Assembly: GCA_026023565.1 (NCBI GenBank)
Contig: JAPETS010000012.1
Coordinates: forward strand, 620,001 to 684,000
From: Cirrosporium novae-zelandiae
Taxonomy: Eukaryota
DNA length: 64,000 bases
Reading direction: 5' to 3'
Below the pieces are notes generated by a model that did no database searches, was not told the origin of the DNA, and worked only from the letters and a program-made list of their open reading frames with translations. Below, in pieces: positions 48,710 through 59,548 of this stretch (position 1 is its first letter; every line of letters starts with the position of its first letter). The position numbers were made by a program, and so were the translations under genes.

Positions 48710-51700
48710 ATGTCGCCCGCCCTAGAGTCTGCAGAGTCACAATGGCTCAGCCAACTCAAAGAGATGCGAGATGCTATCGCAGAGCTGAAGCTAAATAAAG
48801 ATCCAAGGATTCAAGAGGCTACCGACCTTGAGGACCCTGATGATGATTTTTCTAGCGGTAGCGGGGTCGACGATATCTGGGACCTCATAAGCGGCTCAGA
48901 AGAAACATATACTAGCGAAGATGCATTAGATGGCGTGGATACGAATTCGGTTCAAGACTATAATGGCATAAGGCATGATAGGGAATGGCTACAGAGCATG
49001 TGTGTTGAATTCGCTAGTAGGAGGCCAGGACTCAGTGAGGTGGAGCTGCAGGAGCAGATAATGGCTCTCTTGACTTCTGACCTAGGCAACGATGAACTGC
49101 AAATTTCTCTTGCAGACATGTTGGGTTTTGATGACCTTGATCTCGTCATTGAAATCATAACTCACCGCCAACAAATATGTTCCGCGGGAGGAATTGTTGA
49201 AGCCGAGGAAATTATGAACCACCTACAAACGAGAGAAGAACGTGAAGCAGCTCTCAGACAACAAGATTACGAACACAAGCATACCATTCTGGCGCCGGCC
49301 ATGGAGCGTGGCGAGCCCAAGTATCCACATGTGTATAAGGCGCACAGTGCTGGAAATACCCTATCGTCCATAGGGAAAAAATATTTATTGCCGGCGGGAA
49401 GTGAACGGAAGGAACATGAGAAGTATGAAGAGTATTCAATTCCAGCTATGAAAGTTGGTCGATTAGGAAAAGGACGGAAACTGGTTGAAATCAAAGAAAT
49501 GGACGGACTGTGCAGAAACACCTTCAAGGGTTATAAGACATTAAATAGGATGCAGAGCTTGGTATATCCAGTTGCCTATGGAACAAATGAGAATATGCTC
49601 ATTTGTGCCCCAACCGGCGCGGGAAAGACTGATGCTGCTATGCTAACAATCTTAAATGTTATAGCCCATAATGCTACACCTAATCCCATGGAGGATTCCT
49701 CTGTTCAGGACTTTGATGTTGAAGTTGACGATTTCAAAATTGTCTACGTCGCTCCTATGAAGGCTTTGGCAGCTGAAATTACCGAAAAACTTGGGAAACG
49801 TCTGGCCTGGCTGGGTATCCAGGCCCGTGAGCTGACTGGTGACATGCAACTCACGAAGAAAGAGATTCAGAAGACCCAGATTATAATTACAACACCCGAG
49901 AAATGGGATGTTGTTACAAGAAAGAGCACCGGAGATACTGAGCTCGTCCAAAAAGTTAGACTCCTAATTATTGATGAGGTGCATATGCTACATGATGAGA
50001 GAGGCGCTGTCATCGAATCCCTAGTTGCGAGAACGCAGAGGCAGGTTGAGAGTACCCAATCACTAATCCGAATTGTTGGATTAAGTGCTACTTTGCCAAA
50101 CTACATTGATGTTGCCGATTTCCTCAAGGTCAACAGGATGGCCGGACTGTTCTACTTCGATGGCTCTTTTCGTCCTGTACCTTTAGAGCAGCATTTTATT
50201 GGAGTTAGAGGGAAACCTGGTAGTCGGATCTCTAGAGAGAACCTCGAGAATACTGCATTTGAGAAAGTGAAAGACATGTTGGAACGTGGACATCAAGTCA
50301 TGGTCTTCGTGCACTCGAGGAAAGATACAGTCATTACTGCTAGGAAATTCCACCAGATGGCTATGGACCAAGGATGCGACGATCTATTTTCCCCCTCAGA
50401 ACATCCGAATTACGACAACGCCTTGAGAAGAATGAAGAATGCTAAAAGTCGAGAGCTGAAAGATCTCCTACCCAAAGGCTTTGGAACCCACAACGCTGGT
50501 ATGGCAAGAGCCGATCGAAATCTCACCGAACAACTCTTTGCCGAGGGTGTAATAAAAGTTCTCTGCTGTACAGCAACTCTGGCTTGGGGTGTCAACTTAC
50601 CTGCAGCCGCAGTCGTTATCAAAGGAACGCAACTCTACAGCGCCCAAGAGGGTAAATTTGTCGATCTTGGAATATTAGATGTGCTTCAAATCTTCGGTCG
50701 AGCAGGTCGCCCCCAGTTCGAAGACACAGGCATAGGTTTTATTTGCACTACCCATGATAAGCTCCAACATTACCTCGAAGCTGTCACTCAACAACAGCCG
50801 ATTGAATCCAAGTTTTCAAGGAAACTAGTAGATAACCTCAATGCTGAGATTGGTCTGGGTACAGTGACTTCAGTTGCCGAAGCTGTACAGTGGATAGGGT
50901 ATTCTTATATGTTTGTTCGAATGAAGCGAAACCCTCTCATTTATGGCATAGATTGGAAAGAGATATCCGACGATCCTAACCTTGTTGAAAGAAGGAGAAA
51001 ATTAGTCATTGATGCGGCTCGAATCCTACAACGCAGTCAAATGATCATTTTCAATGACAGCACGGAAGAGCTTCGTGCCAAGGACGTTGGCCGTATTGCT
51101 AGTCAATATTATATTCTTCAATCCAGTGTTGAAATATTTAATACCATGATGAGGCCAAAGGCTACAGAGGCAGATTTGCTAAAGATGATAAGTATGAGCG
51201 GAGAGTTCGATAACATTCAATCGCGGGATAACGAGTCCAATGAGCTTCAACGGCTTCGAGAGGAAGCAGTAGTTACTGAAGTTGACGGGGGCAATGATTC
51301 TGCTACTGCCAAAACAAACATCCTCCTGCAATCACATATATCACGGGCTCGTCTTGAAGATTTTGCTCTTGTTTCTGACAGTGCATATGTAGCGCAGAAT
51401 TCAGCGAGAATATGCCGAGCGTTATTCATGATTGCCCTCAATCGCAGATGGGGATATCAATGTCTGGTACTGCTCACTATGTGCAAATCTATCGAAAAAC
51501 AAATTTGGCCTTTCCAGCACCCTTTCCGCCAATTTGACCTCCCTGCTCCAATCATCAGAAATCTCGAAGATAGACAAGCTTTATCGACAATTGAAGCCTT
51601 ACGTGACCTTGAGCCAGCTGAAATTGGTCAGCTTGTTCACAACAACAGTATGGGAAAGAACATTACAAGACTATTAGACAACTTTCCAACCCTTAGCATA

Positions 51701-54700
51701 GAGGCTGAAATAGCACCACTTAATAGGGATGTGCTACGCATCAAGTTGTATGTCACGCCCGACTTCCGTTGGAATGATCGATTCAACGGGACTTCAGAGC
51801 CATACTGGATATGGGTAGAGAACTCTGAGACATCTGAGATATACCATCACGAATTCTTCATCTTAAGTAGGAGAAAAATGCATGATGATCATGAGTTGAA
51901 CTTTACTATCCCCCTATCTGATCCTCTACCAGAGCAAATTTATGTTCGCGCGGTTTCAGATCGATGGCTCGGAGCGGAAACAGTGACGCCCATCTCATTC
52001 CAGCATTTGATTCGGCCAGATACCGAAAGTGTTTATACTGATTTGCTAGATCTTCAACCATTATCCGTCTCAGCATTGCAAAATCCGCTCCTCGAAGAAA
52101 TTTATCGCAAGCGCTTTCAATTTTTCAATCCTATGCAAACTCAGATCTTCCACACCTTGTATCATACCGCAGCAAACGTTCTTCTAGGCTCTCCTACTGG
52201 TAGCGGGAAGACTGTTGCTGCAGAACTCGCAATGTGGTGGGCGTTTCGGGAACATCCAGGTTCCAAGGTCGTTTATATTGCACCAATGAAGGCTCTTGTC
52301 CGCGAACGGGTCCAGGATTGGAGGGGACGGCTGGCTTCACAAATGGGTCTGAAGCTGGTGGAATTAACCGGTGACAATACTCCCGATACACGTTCAATTA
52401 GAGACGCCGATGTTATTATTACCACTCCCGAGAAATGGGACGGTATTTCTCGAAGCTGGCAGACGAGAAGTTATGTTCGCCAGGTTAGTCTGGTAATCAT
52501 CGATGAAATCCATCTCCTTGGTGGAGATCGAGGACCGATTCTTGAAATTATTGTTTCAAGAATGAATTATATTGCATCACAATCCAAAGGAGCTGTTAGG
52601 TTGCTAGGCATGTCAACAGCATGTGCAAATGCAACAGATCTGGGTAATTGGCTCGGAGTGAAGGAGGGACGGGGGCTCTTCAACTTCCGGCATTCTGTTC
52701 GCCCTGTTCCTCTCGAGATACTTATCGATGGATTCCCCGAGCAGCGTGGTTTCTGCCCGTTGATGCAATCCATGAACCGGCCGACCTTTCTCGCCATCAA
52801 AACGCATTCTCCAGAGAAACCTGTCATCGTTTTTGTTGCATCTAGAAGGCAGACCAGACTAACTGCAAAAGATCTCATCAACTTTTGTGGCATGGAGGAT
52901 AATCCTCGACGTTTCGTACGTATGTCTGAAGACGACCTGCAGATGAACTTGACGAGAGTCAAGGACGAATCTCTTCGAGAGGCGCTAAGCTTTGGTATCG
53001 GTCTTCACCATGCCGGTCTCATCGAGTCAGATCGGCAAATGGCTGAAGAGTTGTTCGCTAATAACAAAATTCAAGTCCTCGTGGCGACTAGCACCCTTGC
53101 CTGGGGTGTGAATCTGCCAGCCCATCTGGTAGTTGTTAAAGGCACTCAATTTTTCGATGCCAAAATCGAAGGCTACAAAGATATGGACCTTACTGATGTC
53201 CTTCAAATGCTTGGTCGAGCTGGTCGGCCTCAGTTCGACGACTCTGGGATCGCTCGAATCTTTACACAGGATTCAAAGAAGGCTTTCTACAAGCATTTCT
53301 TACATACTGGGTTTCCAGTTGAATCCTCCTTGCATAAAGTCCTCGATGACCATTTAGGTGCCGAGGTGTCCTCAGGCACAATCACAACCAAACAAGATGC
53401 CCTAGACTACTTAACTTGGACCTTCTTTTTCCGACGCCTGCATAAAAATCCGTCCTATTACGGTCTCGAAATCCCAGTAGATGACAGCAATACCACCGTC
53501 GCCCAAGCCCTCGCCAATGAGTTTATGGTCGAAATGGTTGACAAATCCTTGGGCGCCCTAGCAGAATCAAGCTGTGTGGTCGTGCATTCGAACGGCGATG
53601 TCGATCCGACACCCTACGGCAAGATCATGAGTTACTACTACCTATCGCACAAAACCATCCGCCACGTCTTGAAATTCGCCAAACGAAATCCATCTTTCGC
53701 CGATGCCCTTGCATGGATGAGCTGTGCTAGCGAATTCGATGAGCTTCCTGTTCGTCACAATGAAGACTTAATCAATGTCGAGCTCTCCAACAACCTCCCC
53801 CTCAAAGGAGATGTACTGAATCTCCCAATGTGGGATCCACACGTCAAGGCGTTTCTTCTTCTCCAGGCATATATGTCACGAATTGATCTACCTATATCCG
53901 ATTACGTCGGAGACCAGAACTCGGTTCTCGACCAGAGCATCCGTATCCTACAAGCATGCATAGATTTGCTTGCCGAACTCGGATATTTTTCCGCAACCCT
54001 TATGATGCTAACTCTCCTCCAGTGCATCAAATCAGCCCGCTGGCCAACCGACAACCCCCTTTCAATTCTCCCCAACGTTTCACCCGAACTCACCCCACCA
54101 ACAGCAAACGGCAAATCCCCTGCCGCCGCAATTCCGCATTCTCTCAACGAACTCGTCCTCCTCCCTCCTCAACAGCTCTCCTCCCTCCCATCCAAACTCT
54201 TCATCCCTCTCACTCAAGAAGCCGCATTCAAAAAGGCAGCATCTCATCTCCCATCCCTTAACCTATCTCTGCCTTCCCCGCCAACAGCTCTAAACATCCC
54301 ACTCTCACTCCGCCGCATAAACCCCCTCCTCAACTCCTCCGCCCACATCTACGCGCCCAAATACCCCAAACGGCAATCAGAAGGCTACTTTGTCATCGTC
54401 CACGAATCCGGCTCAGATGACATCCTAGCCCTAAAACGCGTAAATTGGCCAACCGAAGATAAAAATCCTAATAGATGGAAAGGGAAGGGGAGGGGTAGGG
54501 GAGGAGGAGGAAGAGGAGGAGGAGAAGGAAGAGGGGGAGGGGAAGCAGGAACAGAAACAAGAGGAGAAAGACAAAACATACGAAGGAACGTAAACGCACG
54601 ATGCGTAATCAAAGTGCAAGGAGAGGAGCGGGAACGGAAAGTAGATATCGAAGTCGTAAGCGACGCGTACGTGGGAATGGGGTGGCGCCTGGAGGGAATC

Positions 54701-54802
54701 GAAATACCTTCCGTTCCGGTGGGGGTGGATGAAGGAAAGAAGAAGGGGGAGAAGGGTGATCCCACCCCTGATGCCGGGGAAGCTGGGGGATCGACCAGTT
54801 AG
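48710..54802 (+). CDS. SLH1: Slh1/Rqt2 (ASCC3/Mug81-like) double-cassette Ski2-like helicase with Sec63 domains
   Basis: 2030-aa intronless ORF. Two helicase cassettes (APTGAGKT/DEVH and SPTGSGKT/DEIH, with QIFGRAGRPQF and QMLGRAGRPQF) and an N-terminal KYPHVY segment. Confidence 0.93.
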   Translation: MSPALESAESQWLSQLKEMRDAIAELKLNKDPRIQEATDLEDPDDDFSSGSGVDDIWDLISGSEETYTSEDALDGVDTNSVQDYNGIRHDREWLQSMCVEFASRRPGLSEVELQEQIMALLTSDLGNDELQISLADMLGFDDLDLVIEIITHRQQICSAGGIVEAEEIMNHLQTREEREAALRQQDYEHKHTILAPAMERGEPKYPHVYKAHSAGNTLSSIGKKYLLPAGSERKEHEKYEEYSIPAMKVGRLGKGRKLVEIKEMDGLCRNTFKGYKTLNRMQSLVYPVAYGTNENMLICAPTGAGKTDAAMLTILNVIAHNATPNPMEDSSVQDFDVEVDDFKIVYVAPMKALAAEITEKLGKRLAWLGIQARELTGDMQLTKKEIQKTQIIITTPEKWDVVTRKSTGDTELVQKVRLLIIDEVHMLHDERGAVIESLVARTQRQVESTQSLIRIVGLSATLPNYIDVADFLKVNRMAGLFYFDGSFRPVPLEQHFIGVRGKPGSRISRENLENTAFEKVKDMLERGHQVMVFVHSRKDTVITARKFHQMAMDQGCDDLFSPSEHPNYDNALRRMKNAKSRELKDLLPKGFGTHNAGMARADRNLTEQLFAEGVIKVLCCTATLAWGVNLPAAAVVIKGTQLYSAQEGKFVDLGILDVLQIFGRAGRPQFEDTGIGFICTTHDKLQHYLEAVTQQQPIESKFSRKLVDNLNAEIGLGTVTSVAEAVQWIGYSYMFVRMKRNPLIYGIDWKEISDDPNLVERRRKLVIDAARILQRSQMIIFNDSTEELRAKDVGRIASQYYILQSSVEIFNTMMRPKATEADLLKMISMSGEFDNIQSRDNESNELQRLREEAVVTEVDGGNDSATAKTNILLQSHISRARLEDFALVSDSAYVAQNSARICRALFMIALNRRWGYQCLVLLTMCKSIEKQIWPFQHPFRQFDLPAPIIRNLEDRQALSTIEALRDLEPAEIGQLVHNNSMGKNITRLLDNFPTLSIEAEIAPLNRDVLRIKLYVTPDFRWNDRFNGTSEPYWIWVENSETSEIYHHEFFILSRRKMHDDHELNFTIPLSDPLPEQIYVRAVSDRWLGAETVTPISFQHLIRPDTESVYTDLLDLQPLSVSALQNPLLEEIYRKRFQFFNPMQTQIFHTLYHTAANVLLGSPTGSGKTVAAELAMWWAFREHPGSKVVYIAPMKALVRERVQDWRGRLASQMGLKLVELTGDNTPDTRSIRDADVIITTPEKWDGISRSWQTRSYVRQVSLVIIDEIHLLGGDRGPILEIIVSRMNYIASQSKGAVRLLGMSTACANATDLGNWLGVKEGRGLFNFRHSVRPVPLEILIDGFPEQRGFCPLMQSMNRPTFLAIKTHSPEKPVIVFVASRRQTRLTAKDLINFCGMEDNPRRFVRMSEDDLQMNLTRVKDESLREALSFGIGLHHAGLIESDRQMAEELFANNKIQVLVATSTLAWGVNLPAHLVVVKGTQFFDAKIEGYKDMDLTDVLQMLGRAGRPQFDDSGIARIFTQDSKKAFYKHFLHTGFPVESSLHKVLDDHLGAEVSSGTITTKQDALDYLTWTFFFRRLHKNPSYYGLEIPVDDSNTTVAQALANEFMVEMVDKSLGALAESSCVVVHSNGDVDPTPYGKIMSYYYLSHKTIRHVLKFAKRNPSFADALAWMSCASEFDELPVRHNEDLINVELSNNLPLKGDVLNLPMWDPHVKAFLLLQAYMSRIDLPISDYVGDQNSVLDQSIRILQACIDLLAELGYFSATLMMLTLLQCIKSARWPTDNPLSILPNVSPELTPPTANGKSPAAAIPHSLNELVLLPPQQLSSLPSKLFIPLTQEAAFKKAASHLPSLNLSLPSPPTALNIPLSLRRINPLLNSSAHIYAPKYPKRQSEGYFVIVHESGSDDILALKRVNWPTEDKNPNRWKGKGRGRGGGGRGGGEGRGGGEAGTETRGERQNIRRNVNARCVIKVQGEERERKVDIEVVSDAYVGMGWRLEGIEIPSVPVGVDEGKKKGEKGDPTPDAGEAGGSTS

Positions 54803-55683
54803 TTAAATCTTAGTAGCTTTTTTTCTCTAGTGTTAAATGAACTATCCATCCATCCATCTATCCATGCCAATACCAATACTAATACCAAATTAAATCAGAT
54901 TAACCACACAAATAAAGTAGATACCTAGGTAGGTACTTGTAGTAACACAGATCATATATCTATCTATACATCCACAAAGCCAGACACCATCATCACCACC
55001 ACCACTCTAACAGAATGAAGTCAATCACTGGCTGACTGACTGACTCACTCACTCACTCACTCACTCACTCACGCGAGCATAAGCTTTTCCAATATTCCGT
55101 ACCCATAAGTACTACTAATATTCCCACATAGCCAATAGCTAATAGCTAATACCCAATCATCAACATCAACATCAACACCACCAGCACCAGCGCTCCTCTC
55201 CTTTGCATTTTGGGTATCATGCTGTGTCACGTTCTGCTATAAATGGCGCAAATGCAAACCAATAGACTTTTTCTTTTCTTTTTTTTCTTTTTTTTTTTTC
55301 CCCTTCGGGATCAGGAAGGGCTAGGCTAGGCTAGGCAGCCATAACTACAACTACAATACACTATAGCTTTACTTTGCTTTGTTTGTTTGTTTTGTTTGTT
55401 TGTTATCGCGTCATCTCATCCATGCATCCATCTATTTATATATATCCATTCTCTAGGTGCCTAATATTGGTTCCTGTCCCCTCCCCTCCCCTAGTCCTGG
55501 TGACATATGTGACCCACCACACACACACATAACTAGGTAGAAAAAGTCACATCTCATAGCTGGAATAATTTAAACAATTATCATTTTTAATTTATATCAC
55601 TTCAGCCCCAATCCCAAAATACCTTATAACAAGCCCACAAGACCGCCACCAGTCCACAAAATATCACTATACACTACATCACC

Positions 55684-56771
55684 TCAACGAGACCCCTCCC
55701 CAATAACAGTAACACCCTCCCGAATCCCCTCCAACTTCTCCCCCAATTCCTCCCAAAACCTCTTCTGTAGCTCCGCACCCTTTTTCCCCTTGGTAAGTCC
55801 CACCGTCGTCGTGATCTTGCAGTCCGGCACGTACTGCCCGTGGGATTCGGCACCGATGCTGGCGCCGTAAACGAGTGTGCGGGCTCCGACTTCGGGGGGG
55901 CGGGCGAGGAGCTTTGTGAGGGTGCGTACGACGGCATTGTCATAGTCGCGGTTTAGGGCGCTTTGGCAGAATCTGTGGGAGGTGGGTTAGTTAAGTGGTT
56001 TGGTTGGGGGCTAACTAGATATATGCGGATTTTTTTTTTTTTTTTTTTCACAGGGGGGGGGACTTACCCAGGGGCTACACAGTTTACGATGACACCACTA
56101 GAGTTGACGGGGGATAGGGCGGCGATTTGTTTGACAACGAAGATGGACAGCAGCTTTGAGACATTGTAGCGGTCGAACATGTTAGCCTTGCTTTTATCGT
56201 TGAGGGTCTCGAAAAGTTGGCCGGCCGGCGCGGTGCGTTCCTTAAACTTGGCGACCTCGTAGAGCTCCGACGCAGTCACGGTGATATGGGTTTGTGTGTT
56301 GTATTTCGCGGCCGTCTCGTGGAGCTTAGGGTGAAGGAGGAGCGCGAGCAGGGCCATGGACACAACGTTGGTGGTAATGGTCTCCTCGTTACCTTCCGTC
56401 ATTCGCCACTTCCCCGTCGCTACGCCGGCGTTGGCGAGGAGTACGTCAACGCGTGGTAGTTCGGCCTTGACTCGGTCGGAAAAGGCTTGCACGGAAGCAT
56501 ACGAGCTCATGTCGAGTTGCCATACTCGGAGGGTGTTGGATGGACACGAAGTCGTTGCTTGGATATCCTTTGCCACGGCCTTTGCCTTGTCGACATTCCG
56601 ACAAGCAAGAATGACTTGCGATGCTCCGAGGCGAACCAGCAAGCGGCAGGCTTCCAAACCCAGACCCGAGCTGGCGCCCGTGACGATGGCGGTTTTGCCT
56701 TCAAAGGATGCCTCCGGGACAGGCGGCGAGTGGATGAATTGACGGTAGATGAAAGCCGCGAGGAGAGACAT
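55684..56771 (-). CDS. Short-chain dehydrogenase/reductase (retinol-dehydrogenase-like), two exons
   Basis: TAIVTGASSGLG, LANAG, catalytic YNVSK, and VNCVAPG|FCQSAL...ARPPEVGARTLV, ending TGA at 55684-55686. Confidence 0.92.
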
Positions 56772-56954
56772 TGTTGAACAGCGCAACCTCTTAGCAAAGC
56801 ACTGTAGGTGTGTTATTTTGTTTTCCTAGGTCGAGTCAACTGTGGTATATATAGCGTGGTGTGGTGTAGTGCGATTATTTAATTAGAGAGCAGCAATGGG
56901 AGAAGTGGAAGGAGAAGCAAAGAAGAGCAGATAATTATTATCGGTCGGCAGCAA

Positions 56955-57177
56955 AGGCTCTTTAATACTTCATCTTCCAAAAGTCTTCCCCAGAGATACA
57001 TTCCCTCTTCTCTCCAAAATTATTTACCGTCGAAATGCATACCGGAAGTGGCATAGCGCTATATCAGGCTCCTTAATTGTCATAGCCAAATCCTTCATCT
57101 TCCAAAGTCTCCCAAGAAATACACTCCCTCTTATCTCCGAATTGATTTACCGTCGAAAAGCATACCGCAAATGGCAT
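56955..57177. repeat. Imperfect tandem duplication (about 100-110 bp x2) in the SDR promoter
   Basis: Both copies read CTTCATCTTCCAAA...TCCCTCTT...ATTTACCGTCGAAAnGCATACCG...TGGCAT (56968-57054 and 57093-57177). Confidence 0.85.
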
Positions 57178-57409
57178 TCATAGAGTAAAGTAGGGTAAGA
57201 ACCTAAAGGTTAACAGTTGCGACGGTTATCACGATATGAAGTGAGGAATAAATCCCTACACTAAGCCTGGGCGTCACATGGCCATGGGTTTCCTTGTGAT
57301 TTCTAACAGGGATATTGATGTTCCGGCATATTCCGTGCTAAGACCAGATAGTAGATGGTATATTTTTCATAGATTTAATTCAACATCCTTACACAAAATA
57401 ATAACACCA

Positions 57410-58974
57410 TCAAGCGTTGAATGCGTAGCTGCCAAGCATGGCAAATACCTCCCAAGGGCAGGCATCTATTTCTCGTTCGAGCATTTGAGCGACGATTTCA
57501 GCATTCCGAATGTAAAAGTGACTACCTATGTAATGTAATTGTTTAATGGCCCAGGGCTTAACGTCTGGAACGACCTTGGATCTTCCCGCGGCATAAAGTG
57601 GGAGAATAAGTGTGTAACAGTCTGCTCGGTGGTAGGGCGTATGGAGATGGCCAGCTCCCACAGGGCCACGATCCGGGGCCTGATCCGGGGTCTGATCTGG
57701 AAACTCCGACTTCTCTGATGCTGACAGTCTCTGTCGAGCTGCGCCATCGCAGTCCACATATTGCGGCACACACGCACATATTTCGCCCGCCAGTACCTTA
57801 ATGTTGTCATGCGCTGCTGTTATCAGTGCCAAGTGCTTGTCATCTATTGGCGACGCCGAATATTGTTCAATTAAAGATTCATTGAGAAGGATTCTGACAA
57901 GTCGGAGAAAATTCCATGCTTGACATATGTTTCGATGGGGGTAGGAATCAAAGTAAAGATCAAAGGCCCTGTCCGACTTGTGGTCCAGAATTGTGGTTGA
58001 GTATCGCCAAGATGGTGGCATATCGAGGTCTAGTACTTGTAGTTTTATTTCAAGCTCCAGAGACACTCTAATGTATTCGTCGTTGGACAAGATGCCCCTT
58101 CGAATTCCGCTACGTAGATTCGCATATTGAACCATCACGTCTGATATTTGCAACGTGTAATCTTGAACATTCAGAATTTTTCCAACGTAATTTCGAACTG
58201 CGATCAATTCATCGGGAACTGGTGAGCCACTAGCAACACAGCTAATCATGTAGTGGTTGCTGAGACGTACTAGAACTGGAAATTCGGAAGGGTCCTGGAA
58301 TTGGTCCAGGCCACGAAGTCTGACAAGAGCAAGGGCCCCATTGACATGACTTATCCACGACTTGTTATTTCGAGGTTTGCTATCCGTGATCTTTTCAAAG
58401 AGATCAAGAAGAAGCGACGCCAACAATGTAGTATATTTAGTTGCTTCCTTAGGATATTTCAGAGTTTTGTTTGTCATCCGCAAGGCTAAAATATATTTCT
58501 CCCTAGCAGTCGCTAGTGCAGCATCAGAGTAAACTTGGTGCCAGAAATACGCCAAGCTGACGGCCTCAATCGCTAATGTTAGGTGATCTGGGGAGTCCAT
58601 CGGGTGATAGTATCGTTTCAGGAAGACCCAGCATCTCGAGGTGTTAGTAACGTAGTAGGAAAAGAATGCATCTCGAGCTTGCAAGTCTATCGACAGGGGA
58701 AGAGACGGAGGCTTGGAAGGAGGTGCATTTTTCAAAACTCTCCTCATAACAGACTGACTCTCGTTTTGAATCCGAAGTTGTTGTACATCCCGGTATCCTG
58801 AACAAGGTACACTAGCTCTGACACATTGGCCACAAGCGCCACTGTGAAGGTCGCACTACATCTAAAGTTAAACATCAACTCCAGAGAGGGGCGATTGCTG
58901 GATTTAGGACTTACCCTTAGTCTCCGGGCTCTGCATCTTTCGCAAGCCTTTGATGGCTTCCCACGGAATACCAT
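57410..58974 (-). CDS. Zn(II)2Cys6 transcription factor, two exons
   Basis: MVFRGKPSKACERCRARRLR|CDLHSGACGQCVRASVPCSGYRD, followed by a fungal TF middle region (LLLDLFE...SHVNGALALVRLRG). Confidence 0.92.
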
Positions 58975-59548
58975 GATGAGCTCCTAGGCTCACTGTTGTA
59001 GGGAAGACCTCCGATTGATAAGGCTGAGCCCCTAACCAAATAGACGGTCTGACCTAGGCCATCTATAGGCCTTAGATCGGCCAGACCAAGCTTTTTGGTA
59101 GATCAATTAGCATATGACGGCTTAAGCTTTATTTGGTTTATATAAATGCGAATTATAAGATGGGGAGGAGATTTTATGGTGTAAAGGCTTGTAGGGGAGC
59201 CTCGAGGGGCATTAAATCTTGAGTTTAACTTAGAGCTAGATACTGTAAGACTACGGCTGTAGTTTTGCGGTTGTGGGCTACGTGTGAGAGGAGAATTGCC
59301 ATGCGAGCAAGCTAGGGTATAAGATATGCAATATATTGCCACTGAAGGGTTTCATCTTGCAAAAGAGAGCCGCAGTTATAAAGTTCTTGCGTAGTGCTTG
59401 GCGCAAGCCGGAACTACTATTATCCGCAGCTTGAGTCGTAAGGTTTTTATCAAGCCCTTAAGTAATGTCCGTCAGAGCTAGCCCAAGGGCAATATATAAA
59501 CAATAAATTGAATCGTCATCACTATTGCCTAAAGGCTATATATTTTTT

